Below, in pieces: positions 49,201 to 62,749 of a stretch of 64,000 bases of DNA. The position numbers and the translations under genes are program-made. The notes under the pieces were generated by a model. The model did not search any database. It was not told the DNA's origin and saw only the letters and a list, made by a program, of their open reading frames with translations. The first letter of the stretch is position 1. Every line of letters starts with the position of its first letter. The stretch is taken from positions 1-64,000 of the forward strand of contig NW_026782569.1 of the NCBI RefSeq assembly GCF_031769215.1. The letters are read 5' to 3'. The DNA is from Ylistrum balloti. Taxonomy: Eukaryota.

Positions 49201-51589
49201 GGAGGATTACTGCGTAGCAAAACGCAATTGCCCTGTCGACTGTACCGCCTCTGATGACGATAAGACGACGGAGAAAACACAATTCAGAAAGCCGAAATCG
49301 ATTGTCAGGTCACTGTGGGAAATGAAATTAATCAAAACCTCAGAACAAATTCGAAATCCTGTTCTGAACATTATAAATTACAAACTCGCAAATGAAATAA
49401 ACTTACAAACCCCTCGGAATCACAATTAGCGTACATGAAACACTGTATTAGCGGCTGTAATGATGATGATGATGCATGGTATCTCATGTCATGGTGGTTT
49501 TCGCACTGACGCAGAAGAACGCTGAAGAAGGTAATCTACTTGTAATTTTAGCGATAATGATGTATTTCAAATCAAATATATGAATAGATTAATGAGTTAT
49601 TAATAATACAAAAACACCATGAAAAAAGTCAACTAGATGTATATATTACATTAATATACAAATTCAAGCAATTTTCTGAAAAGTTATGCGTATCGTGTGA
49701 TTTGAAATACAGCCTTTGATTAATAAACATTGTACTATATACCACCGGAAATAATACGTGAAACATATTTTGTTTATACAAAATCTACTTCTTTTTAGTT
49801 TTCGTATTAATATATACAACTGTAGTGTTGCAAGCCCCTGTGGTCATCGGTGTGTCTGGATAAAAAAAGAATCTAACAAATACAAAAATAATTGCGTCAT
49901 TTAGATTATGATATAAAATCAAACCAAAATTTCTTGTCTAAAATTCTTTAACTAGGAAATTATTTTTTTTTTGTATTGGACAGGCTAATAATCGATTGAC
50001 AAATTAAAGTTTCTGTCCAGTGTTAATGGAAAAGACAGGTTTTACTGAAGATAATTCACGGTTTCCAAGAAAAACAAATATAAAGTCGTTAGATTCGAAA
50101 CGACCTTTCATTGTTTGCGGATTCGAAATCTTGGTTGCAGACCTTGACCAATAATTGATTAATGTAATCTGTACAGTGCTGAAAGCCGTCGGGCTTCCTT
50201 ATGTCCCACAAATTGAATAAAAACAAATTACTCGACACAATGAAGTTATATCTAGTCAGTAATTTTGTGTTTATCACCAGAGAAAGATCAATGCTGAGCA
50301 AGTCAAATGCATCTTTCATTACAAACCGGAAATCATTTCGTCGAGGTAGTGACGAGGGGAAAGGTCTGAGGGGTTGAAGGTCAAGGACAATTTGATGAAA
50401 ATTGCAATGCTATATCCTGATAAGATGTCTGTTGAAAGCTCGTTAGACATCAGTCCCTAAATCATCCTTTTAGCTACAGTACTAAACCTCAAACTAAACA
50501 AAAATTGTAATTGCAATATTGTACAAGTATTTTGATGTCCATCTATTTTCATATTTATCATCAATATCCCTTTATCGAATTCTCACTTATCCAGATATTC
50601 CTTTATCCTCATTCTATTACTTCAGATCCCCATCTGTTAAATTCTCACTAATCCGGGTGCTTTTCTGTCCCCTCTATCCTGCTCTTACTTATCCAGTTGC
50701 CCAACAATTTGGTGCTCACTGATCCGAATGTTCCTCCCCAAGTCCCTCTAATTAGGAAATTCCTGTACAATGATTAATTTGATTGATCCATTATCAATGT
50801 TTTCATAATCCGTATTTTCCTCCGGTAAGTTACGGTAACAATCTCTATTGATTTTCGAAATTACATGTCTATATGTTTCATTTGTTAATTGTGAATTATC
50901 CAGATTATCTGACCATATATGTGAATGCTTACATTAAGACCTACAATGCACCTGAAAGATATCGATAACAGTACGCCTTGTAACCGTCTGTAATAAAAAA
51001 AGTGCACCATGTGACCTGTCTCTTGTGAGTAACTTCAATGCGCATGTCATAATACACTTAGTACAGTTTGGCCACGACTGACAAGTAATAGACATGGGAG
51101 TGAATTGATTGAGGTACGTGGTCGTTGATCAGAGGTCTAATTTATCATGAGAGACTCCGTTCTGTCAGTTCTAACCAGGTTATGAACTTTAGTCGGGTTC
51201 GCTATATTTCACTTACTCGGATATAAACAAAATGTCCACAGTGTTTCTGATTCAACTCTTTTGTAAATCAGTGATGAAGTTCAACTGTTGTTTACACTTA
51301 GCAACACACTGGCTTGATCATTATATCAAACACAGTTTACTGTCAATTATAACAAGCTTTGTTCAGTTCGGAAACTATCACTGATGTCAAAACCTGAAAC
51401 AGAAAGCCGTTTGGATGCTTTGCGCAATAAGAATTTACCTTTAACGTTGCACAAAAATGAATTAAGGCTTTACCACAAAACATTCCTTTAAGTCATTACT
51501 GTTTCTGTGACTATACATGTATATTGATATATAGGTTCCGAATGATACTGATTTGAATTACCTGATGTAATTGTATCCGGTTTTGTATC

Positions 51590-51676
51590 TATAATAAGAC
51601 TCGAACTCACTGTCTACCACACCAAATCTCCTAGCCAGGAAATTCGACAACTGCCCAACCGACTACACCACCACAA
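51590..51676 (-). mobile_element. tRNA-derived SINE head (Pol III A and B boxes), abutting a poly-C run
   Basis: Minus strand TGGTGTAGTCGG (A box, 51670-51659) and GTTCGAGTC (B box, 51606-51598). No acceptor stem or cloverleaf is evident. Confidence 0.55.
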
Positions 51677-54600
51677 CCCCCCCCCCCCCCCCCCTCCATC
51701 CAAAAAGGATGTTTGGAAATTGGGCTAATAGACAGCTGGAAATTCTTGACGTGGTCATATTGGGAAATTGTCTTTCATGTGCTATCTAATATTGACAATG
51801 GATCATTATCGATATAAACTACTTTTTATCAAGTTGTACTTGCTAATAAGTGTTATTATTATAAATGAATGTTTAGTCATGACACCATATCCGGTTTGAT
51901 ACGACATATCGCCTTCACGTATGCTTCAGGAGTGAAAGCTAGCTGACACAGAGCACTAACGAGCAACATCGTGTCTTTGATCCTGTATCATAAGATTATA
52001 TATACGTGTGTAGATTGATTTTATCTGTGAAACCTATCTGGGTCATAACTGACAGATTAAAGAAGCACGTTATGTCCATCACCCATCAGCTATAGACAGT
52101 AATGTTTATCTAGTGCTTCGTAATTCACTGAATCATGAACCATTTTTATTAAACGATCTCTGAAAAGAACGATAATCTACATACTCTAAATTGAATTGTG
52201 TCCTTACATTTCATTGAAATCTTATCAGATAAATATATTTTGGCAAAGAGGAAAAGAGTACTAGAATAAATCTACGGAATGATATTGCCATCAAACATGA
52301 CGGCTTAGGGGGTTATGTCGTTCTGTGTCAATTATGAAACATTATTCTCGTTTGCAACATATGGAAATTCTTTTAATAAGTACTCAGAAACATGTAGCTG
52401 TCTTAAATTGGAGTTTTATTTCATTTGCATTTTATTACCATAGCCCATTCAGAAAATAAGATTTTTTTCCGCAAAATACTTTTGTCTTTGGAAGCAATCG
52501 TTCTGTGCATTTTAGTTTTGGGACAGAAATGGCGTTATTGGTTCCAAGTGAGAATTGTCCTTGTAACAGTTATGACTTCCCGAAACCAAGAGCTTCTTTG
52601 GCTACGGAAGAGTTTATACAATCAAAAGGAACGGATATTGCAATGCTGATAAATACGCTTAAAGCAGATTACTTTTACTAGTTGATTAATGGTGTTTGGT
52701 ATGTGCGAGATAATCTAAATATCCTTCAGACGTGTCACATTAAAAAGAATGTTTTCAAATGTTTCGCCGCTGACTTCGAACGACCAATATATAGCCTCCT
52801 TTCAAGTGAACACTTATACACATGCAGTAGAATCTAGTTTCACTGAACGTTTGTTGTTTTGCAGTTGTGGTCTAATATGTGTCATGAAAATATGTTCCAT
52901 TAGTCAACTCATATTTTTAAATTATATATCAAACATTACTTTTTCCGGTGTAAAATATTGATAATACAGGGTACATACAAATTTTATACACCAGATAATG
53001 CAAAACTGTCGAATCATCAAACCTCTCACAGAGTTTTCATTTTGAGAATATGACATGGATGAAACTTTACTTGCTCTTTTATATCTCCCCGTATCTTATT
53101 GTACATTATTCCCAAACACACTATCATTGAAGGATACTACTTCGCTAACTTTTTGGCATTGTTTGAGTCATCGCCCTTCAATGCGACCTCTCATCTTAAA
53201 GTTAGAAAAAAACGCCAAAGTTCAAGATGGCAGAGTCGACCTGTGATGTTGTGACACGCATGTTAATAGAAAAGTTGAATATCCGACATGTAGATGTAAC
53301 TAAGGCACTGGCGTAAAAGAAGACATTGGAATCATTTACAAAGTCATTTTTTTGTTGTCAAACGCCAATCTTAGATTTAGAAAAATGGAGCTTACTACCG
53401 AAATTGAGCTGGTGCATATAGTATCAGGGGCAATGATTTCCTAGAAAAACTAAAACGATACAAAACGTCAATACCAGGCAACTTCTGGAAGCCTAACGGA
53501 GACAGAGGTAGATACCAGATGCAATTTATCAAAAGTGTGCAAATTAAATTGTCTGACCTGATACAGTTTCATGATCGAACGAGCGCCAAATACAGTAATG
53601 ATCAGAGAAACGACAGATGTGAAGAAATCCTTTTGCATGTATAAATAAATGTTGGTTTCATGCACGATTGATTTTATTGTTGGGTTGATTTATCTCAAGG
53701 TTAACCAAGATAGACAGTGACATTTCCAGATGTCTAAAACAAGGACAACACAACCTGCAGGGGGATGTAGTATTCATTCGAAAAACAGTATTTAATAGTC
53801 TTTAAACAAGGATATGAACCTACATCACTTTTATTTTTGAAATATAAATAAGAATCGGCAGTAGTGGATTATAATGTTATTGATATTACTGGTGTATTTA
53901 TAAAGATATATATAGTAGTACCAACACTGAATAATCGATGGTATTTTACAATCATGATCTGACACATGATATTCAATACAGTCATTATCTTTGAGAAAAT
54001 TACATTTCTCAATGGATTCATAGTATCGTGAGGGAATCATTGAAATTAACTCATATGAAATTCCATTTGTTCTTCCTTGATTTTAATTCTAAATTAAATC
54101 CTGCTAGGTTTGTTTTATGATGTCTAAGTACAAGTCATTAACGTTCGGACACATTGCCTCCGATCTTTCAAAATTACATGGGTATATTTACTTAACATTT
54201 TTTTCACCAACGTCAAATGAATTCTTACCTCATGTGGGATGTATGTTGCATTTGTCATCAGCCGGTTCCATAATTCAGATTAAGATATATCATCACCAGG
54301 AAAAAGTATCGATAACAATTATCGAACTTCATGTAAGTCAATGACACTACTCAGAAGAATTCTCTTCATAATCCGATAGCAGTAACGTTTCTAGGGAAGG
54401 CAAACTTGTTTATTAGGCCGTGTCTGACGAAATCTACACCATCTTTGTATATTGCAATTACGTTTTATTAAAGAAAACATGGCAGTTATGTGTGTATTTA
54501 TGAATTGCTTTAGGCAGATAATTGCTTTTCAGTAATGTATATATTTATAAAACTATATCTGGCCCTTTAAGTTTACGTATACAAAAGAAGCCTGTTATCA

Positions 54601-55327
54601 ATGGTAGTTATATGTACACATTGTAATATTATCTATAATTATGCCTTCTTCTGACGGTGGAAGCTCTCTTTGGGGGCCAATTATCTAGCGCCGAACTGAT
54701 GTCACAGAGTGTTCTAATAATTGTTTGGTGAGAGGGTAGGTAGTGTACCACGAACCTGCATTATACTTTTAGTACAATAAATATATAGATATCGCTTTAT
54801 GTTTCTAAACATGCACTAAACGGACAACACATATTGAAAAGAAGACAAAGCAAGCTATGCCTTGTAAATATCGTTTTGTTAATTAAAAATACGAAGTTAG
54901 CAAATGGCTTGGCATGAAAACGTGTTGAATATATATTTCATTAATTTATGACGACTACTGGGATTGATTATGAATGTTGAATTCTTGACAGCTGTATAAA
55001 TGAAGTTATTTGAAATCGCCCCACCCTTCTATCCCCTCCCCTTTTTTTACTTTTAATCATCTGTCGATTTAACTGAGTCATCTAGAGTTCCCTGGGAATG
55101 TGTTTTAAAAGTCCTGTTACTGTATATTTGTAATTTGAGATCTCATACGTTGGTATCGAACATGTTTTCTCTTTGTAATTGAAATATGCTTGAAAGTTAT
55201 AGAATTTCTGTTTGAATGTAAGGGATCGAGGTTTTGCAAAACACAATTCACGCGAAAATCCTACATTTTCAATACAACTTTGCTGATTAATAAGTTAAAC
55301 TCTTGACAGATGTTGATATCAATTTTA

Positions 55328-55503
55328 CAGTCGAATCTCATTATTTCGAAATCGGCGGAACCGTGGGAAAGCCTCGAGTTATCCGAGTGTTCGATTTAAA
55401 TGAATTCCAAAGTTAAGTGTGACATTTGGCCGGGACGGATGGAATACTTCGAAATATACAGGGTCTTCAAGTTAAACGAGTTCGAGATAACGAAGTTCGA
55501 CTT
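55328..55503. mobile_element. Tc1/mariner-type MITE, copy 2
   Basis: TA|CAGTCGAATCTCATTATTTCGAA ... TTCGAGATAACGAAGTTCGACTT|TA. Homologous to 23024-23186. Confidence 0.8.
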
Positions 55504-58500
55504 TACACAAAGATATAAGCTTATGATATCAAGAACGGGTAAAGGTAAAGAACCTCATATCATACATGCTACCTAGTAGTTAGGTAGTAACACGAAACTG
55601 GAAATGACCGATTGCTCAACGTACGCCTATTTTACCTTCTACGAACACAAAAAGTCGGGATCCTGTCCCTGATCTCTCATTAGAAATGGTGTTGAATCAT
55701 TAGTCTGACTACGTGGGCTCTATGGTTACCTTTCCGACATCATCACCGTCTGCTGATTGCAAGCCAAAATGGTTAATATGATATCAAGCCACAATGTGGA
55801 TTTCAATAAAAGAAAAAAAATAAGAAGAAAGTATCAACCTGTCAACATGATCATGATCCGAATTCAAATTCAGTAAAAACATGACAATGTATATAAATAA
55901 TAAGACTATGTGTAAAGGAAGAGTTAGTTTTATGTTTTATTTTAGAAATCAGGGCAGGTCAAAGGTTAATCCTGAATGCATGAATATCGTTCTTTGTTCG
56001 ACTATGTTGCATTACCCTCATTCGAAGGTTCATAGTCTACAAACATGTTAAAGTATCTAATTTTGTCTCCGTTGCTTCAATGAAAAAGGTCTGATATGGA
56101 TATTCCATATTATAGGAACGTCGCCTTTGCTGAAGATTTGGCATCAATTCATTTCCTTCTTGTATCGTTATTTTTTAGGAAGGAAGATCGTTGTTGACAT
56201 TTGTTTGTTATTTAGTGTGTCGTCAGTTCATGTGGTAATCATTATTCATTATCGAGTGTCTCTCTATCTCTACAGCTCTGGTTACTCTCCAAGTTCTTGT
56301 TTTGATGTCTAAGTTCATCTGTTCTGTCCTCCATATTTTTCTTTGATGTCAGCTAAGTCCATCTGTACTGTTCTTTCGTTACAATTGTACACTAGTTGAA
56401 GGATGTTATTAATAATTTCTATTGTAGTTTGTAAAGAACTGTGTTGAACGAAATATGCGTTCCCTGGATAATTCGCCGTTCAACCGTTCAGAAAATATTA
56501 GAAAAAACAATCTCATACAACAAGTTACGGCTAATCAGAACTGCAATCATGATAAAGTACTCATCCACATAGCGAGCCTCGCCATATCCAATTTTATACA
56601 TTTTTTTTCTTTGTAGTATATAGCAATGTCTGTACAACGCCTCCAAGCATGATCCAGAATCTCGTAATTAATCATAAAGATAGATATGTTACTTATAACA
56701 ACATAGTGTATGATCATGTCTATGACGAACTTCTTAAGCTGCACTCTGTCTATGCTAAACCTATAATTTATGCATTTTTATATGTAAATTGTTTAATTTT
56801 CCTGAGCGACATAAATTCTTTAAAAAGAAACGGCGATGTGATTGATAGTAATGTATGTTTCAAATGTATCTTTGTAAGTTCGTAAAGCTAACATGGCATG
56901 GTGTATATCAAAATCTGACTCCGAAACTGCCCAAGGACCTCTTAAAGTAGTAATGAGGGTCATGACCAGACCCAGCTGTACATGTATTGGAACTGAAAAT
57001 GAGTCTTCAGGGGAAGAGATCCTGCCGGATTCATATGTTATACTCATACATGCAAAACTTACTTAGGCTTAGTGCAAAGATAGTCTTTGTTTCTTCAAAT
57101 GGCAAGAACTATTAATTCTCATCGACCTGCATTTCAAATTCGCCATGTGTGTAATATTTCCAACGAAAAAAAATCAAAATATAGACAAAACAAAAAGACA
57201 TTAGACTATAATCATTGGAATGGGTGTATGATTAATAATATTACTAAATAAAGCTTCTCTTCATAATTTTGTTGTTCCTGTTGAAAAAGCCCCGTTATCC
57301 AGAGTTAGACATGGCAAATTATGATCTTTGTCTTTAAGATAACCAAAAAGTCTATCTGTAGCAAAAAAGCATGAAAAATCCTGTCTACTGTCAACACGTA
57401 TTCCAAACCATTATTAGAATTCAAAGCACTGAATCACACATTTATTACACACACACATTTATATCTAGAATCTTGTAAATAATATCGGCGGTGTGGTCCA
57501 ATACTGGTACTGGATCACATATACACTCAGTATCTAAAGTGAAAAAAAATTGATGTAAAATATTTTGGATATCTAATTACCATTTTACATACAACTTGGG
57601 ATGTTTTTCTGTCTTCTATCACGGACCTTCGGCGTCCACCGGCCGAAGGGATTATCGAGACACCTAAATTTACACAACCGCATTCGATTTAGATTTGTAA
57701 CTTTGTATTTGTTTTATGTTTTATGTATGTGACGTAATTTATGTAATATTTGTGTCTTGATAGAGGGGCGGGTTGCCTCAGAAATATGACAGTTCGCTTG
57801 TCCTTACTGTTGCTATTACTGTACATGATTCTAAGGTTTGAAATGGCTTCTATAAGCAGAATGGAATTGAAGAGATCAATTCAGTTCTACTCACTCGATG
57901 CTTAATTGAGGAAAATGTCAAATACTTAATCACGGAAGTGCTAGGTCCTTGGGCAGCCTTATTAAGGATTAGTGACAATTTGAAGAGCTGTTCAAAAACC
58001 CGTAACCTCGGGTAGAGTGTACTTCAGTAGAGTGACGTAGGTTTATTATACAGGCAGAAAAACAAAAGAGGTTTGTTTGTGATTTCGCTTTTTAAGGACT
58101 TATTTGCAGCGCTGTTAAACATATAAACTACTACTGCAATAAGTAAAAACAGTACATAATACTTTAATAATGTATGCATTATCTTATTTTTGTTTTTTGC
58201 AAGCAATTTCTTCTAGTTATCAGCCCTCATTTGCCAAGCTTATAGTGTTGCCCAGTTTTCGTAGTTACACAAAACGTACTTCCTCGATCCTGATTTGGTT
58301 TTCTGGTATACTGTACATAAGATATAAGTGAATCCCATTTTGATATCAGAAATCTTTATAAATACACAGGTTGCTAAAAAGTACCATGGATGCTATCTAA
58401 GTCTTCTAGACAGGATTAGACGTTGATAATACAAGTGTATTCACTGGTTATAAGCGTTGATCTTAATATAGCTTCCTTGCAATGCATATTTGAATTCAAA

Positions 58501-59116
58501 GATTATAAAGAAAAATGAAATTTTGTGTTTGTGAAATTAGTATCTTATTGAAACAACTTTGAATATCACGCTACTCAAATATATTGCTGAGATCTAGGCT
58601 ATTGTATAATATCTTAGATTTGAGGATCGAAATACCGTTGTGAAGTAATTAATTCTATGTATCAAATAACATTCTGTGACTAGAATTGTGGCTTTCATAC
58701 GAATAGGATATTGGTTTATGATATGAATGTAAATGTATTTCACGGCGGGGTACTCCCATTGTTAACTAATTTATCACAATGTTGTTTTATAGTAACTGTG
58801 ATGAATAAGATTAGGTAACGTAATGACTGTAACTTTTCTATGTAGAATTTTCACAGTTGTGATAAGCGTCAGTTGTTAGATCAATTTCTGGGTATTTTAT
58901 TACAGGTGAAAACCTCTATATTGATTTCTCAGGTAGTTAGCTGATATCTTTTTCTGCACAACATTTCATCAAGTATGTGCAAAATGGAGATTTTAATACG
59001 AGCCGTAAAACCGCCCTTGATATTCTTGCAGAAGACGAGCTATATGGTATTAATGATAAAATAGCTATTACAGGTTTTGATTTGATTTGATTTTTTAGAA
59101 ATTTAAAAGTGTTTAT

Positions 59117-59161
59117 ATCGTCACTGATAAGGCCTATAGGGACGAAACATCTTTACGATGC
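59117..59161 (+). ncRNA. Degenerate type I hammerhead ribozyme motif
   Basis: ATCGTCA-CTGATAA-GGCC-TATA-GGGAC-GAAA-CATCTT-TA-CGATGC, followed by agttgaa...ctcta...gctattcatttgtgtg, the same downstream flank as the 32.6 kb and 43.7 kb copies. Confidence 0.7.
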
Positions 59162-59659
59162 AGTTGAATTCATTATAAGGCTCTACAGTATCTATTGAAA
59201 GAGTTGCTATTCATTTGTGTGTCCTATGCCATCATCATTGACGCTTAGGTCGCTTGTGTATAAACCTCCCTCGTTAAAAAGGAACGAAAGTAAATACAAA
59301 TACCTATATTGCGTTGTGCCCAAGCTTCTGAATTCATTTTAGAATTAGTTTCTTTACTTATATGCAAAATAATGCAATTTAAAATGACGGTGAAGTAGGC
59401 TTCATGATTCCGATTTCTTCACGAATTTCAAACAATAGATTGGATACGTGCTAATGGATTGATTTTACAAAGCTGAATTAGCATTCAGAGAGCTAATTTA
59501 TTCTATTAATGGGTTTCTCCTAAATGCATTTTATACGTGATGAAAGCTTTGCTGCAAAATATCAATTTTAAGAAGATTGAAACTTAATGTGTTTATCTTA
59601 TGTGTTTAACTCATCTAAAACATACAAAAATACCAACATGGCAACGTAATCATAACAAA

Positions 59660-60000
59660 ATCTCAAATTTATGAAACTAGGTCAAAACATGAACAAAAGA
59701 AAGATTCACGTGGAAGTTCAAGGAGAATAAGACCAGGTGTTCCGAAAGAGAAAACTTTTTTACATCCGCCATATAATTAATTAATAAATGTCAGAATCCC
59801 AAATGAAAACGAGATATACAGCAACGGAACCAACAGGATAGCTACTGAGTATTAAACACGTCAAACTGCATATCGCACAACATAGAATATGTGTCAATGA
59901 CCAAAAAACCGCAACAAATGTTCACCAACCTACATCTTTTGAAACCACGTGTTGTGAGTTTGTCAGTCGCCGACATCTTGCATGAAAATCGTGTTATTGG
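59660..60000 (-). mobile_element. 3'-end remnant of the Penelope-like RT family (thumb C-terminus plus 3' motif)
   Basis: Track ORF 59842-60075 MSATDKLTTRGFKRCRL matches VSASDKLTTNRFKRCRL of 62814-63128. ggagaataagaccaggtgttccg at about 59723. Confidence 0.8.
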
Positions 60001-62749
60001 GATCAGGCCTTTGATTATCGAACCAACTGTGACATGTTCATGCAAACGCCATGCTATTGTAAATTGGCGATGCATGATTGATGACTATATATATATTCAC
60101 AGCTTACATAGGTCGAGAATCGATTTGAAATCAATTGTAAAGTTTCGTCAGATTTAACGTCAAAAGAGTCACTGTCGTTTTGAGCCCATATCAGATATAT
60201 AAGTTTTAGATTTTTTTTATCCAAATGATATTCCAGTTCCAAATTATATAAATAAATAATATAGATGATAGTACTATCATTTCCTGTATCAGCAAGCACA
60301 AATTACATACACCTCATCATTATCACAAAAAAAGTTATTTGTATATATTTCTTGCTCGTTCAGTCTACAGAGGTATATTCTGTGATGTTTGATTATAACA
60401 TAAATCTTTTTTTCATTGAAACGATTATATGTATAATCAAAACATCATTATAACACAAGACTCTTCTATTGTCTATTGCAAAATATTTGGCATAGCTGAT
60501 GCTATTTATTTTAACTTGTTTTATTTCAATTCATCACTGAGTATCTGAAACAGCTAACACTTTGGCGAGTTATGTTAACGTATGCTTTTAATCTTTTAAA
60601 AACCCAGTATGGTCGAGTTATCTTAATCAGACAAAGATCCTCACAATGGATTAACAAAATAAACATTTTACTATTCTGTACCGTTGATATGAAACTTGTC
60701 AACGTTAGAAAATGGAGAATGTCATGGCATTTGCCGAAAGCGTGGGCATAAACGATAGAAATACGAGATGCTTAAATAAATTGCAATAAAGTTCCGACAG
60801 GTGTCGACTGAAATTGTTTCTTGGGGAATGTTTTCACGAGTGTTGCTGACGATAAAGCATGTTGGTATCTGACTGCTCACCGCTGCTGACTGCACGTGGT
60901 GCGTCTAAATTGTTCCCCAACGATATTTCAAGGCCCTGTACAGGCATTTCAGCACGTGGGAGAAAATAAAGAGACTAAACACGTTTCTCTTTTGGCTCTA
61001 CCAGTATAAAAGCGTATGAGATGTTTCTTATGTTTTCAATAGCAGGAAGCGACCCGTCGTTCTGATCCTATTGACCTGTAGTCCTTTTAGCGTTTNNNNN
61101 NNNNNNNNNNNNNNNNNNNNNNNNNNNNNNNNNNNNNNNNNNNNNNNNNNNNNNNNNNNNNNNNNNNNNNNNNNNNNNNNNNNNNNNNNNNNNNNNNNNN
61201 NNNNNNNNNNNNNNNNNNNNNNNNNNNNNNNNNNNNNNNNNNNNNNNNNNNNNNNNAATTCAGTATTTTATCAGCTTATGAACGTTTATATGCCGACCAA
61301 AACCCGTTTTGGTTTCGATGATTTTGTGTAATGTACCAGACATGTGATAATCATGTATCATGTGTTAGTAACTTTTGTGACTACCATTAGCTAGGATCAC
61401 AACATTACAATGCCAGTGCAAATGGCCTGTATATAGGCGAACGGTGTGAGCTGGGGTGGAATATGTTATCCCTAACAAACAATAGCATTTGATATCTCAT
61501 TGCACTAGCATGTATAAAAAGGAACTGACTTTAGATATTATTTCTTATGGGATTTCATGAAACCAGTATTAAGTAGTAAAAGAAGCCTTGATGAGTAATG
61601 CTTGAAACGCTGAGACGAGTTTCATTATATGCCATACAAAATGAAAACACATGTAATTACAAAACTCTGAAAAAAGTGGCAATTGACAGGTTTTAACGTA
61701 ACAATGTAAATGACGGAGTTTCAAACGGAGGTAGCCAGTGAGAAGCGTTAACGGTGACATACATGTATACTTAATGTCTATCAGATGGAACAAGATTTGC
61801 AAACTTCAAGGATATAGCGTTTCACGCCGCAAAATTATATAGATGTAGACAAAGGAACATATTTCAGATTTCAGCTCCTGCCAAGTCATCACAAAATTTT
61901 TCAGCGTCAGTTATTTTCTGTCTGACAACACGATCGTAGTCTAATGATTTATAACTAAATCATTACGTATGACATGAAGATTACAAATGTACGTCTGATA
62001 CAGGTGAAGGACACATAGATGACTTCCGCGAGTTGGCAATTACAAATTATTACAGTCAAAATAGTTTATATTGATAGATGTGTACAATTGTAACTTGTTT
62101 TTCATGTCACTGGACTGTATCCAAGACATATGGTCTTGTCAGTTCATTTACTATAATGAATTATCAAGAAAGACAACCCTGACATAAATGCCTGCTGTGT
62201 GTTATCTGTAAAGTAAACACTGAAAAGTAATTAAACGTATTTAGATATTCCGATAATGTAACGGTAGAGGTAATAACTTAGATAACATATCAAAGCAATT
62301 TGGCAGACAATTTAAAATTAAATGTTTTTTTCAAGATAAACACAGGTAAGAATTTAGAAAATGTGTTTTTAATGTAGAATAGTGTTTCGGTGGTATGTGA
62401 CTAATCACTTTCTGTGGCCAGAAAATATTATGCGCGTATTTGTTGGTTATTTCTCATTAATTTGTTGTTGTTTGTGTTGATGAATATAATTATTTCTTAT
62501 CAATTAATGATATCAAAGAATTTAAAACATAATAGATATTGACAAACAAAGTTGACTGATTAATGGCGTGTGTTCTACAATGGACCATACCAGTTAAAAC
62601 GAGTTTTTTCATCAATGTTTTGTGACTGATTTGTTGCTTATCTGTTGTGTACAAGATGTGGGATACAGTTTTATTGTTAGAAAATTAAACAGATAATAAC
62701 AGAAATAACAAAGAAAACACCAACAAGTCAACAGAATCATAATAAGTAA

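Noticed and set aside
49240-49285. CTGATGA-containing stretches here and at about 22394, 23930 and 61585 as additional hammerheads
   Set aside because: They lack a pairing stem II, a properly placed GAAA, stem I complementarity and the family flank.
56890-57070. Overlapping short ORFs on both strands in a GC-richer patch
   Set aside because: No recognisable domain, splice context or homologue in the window.
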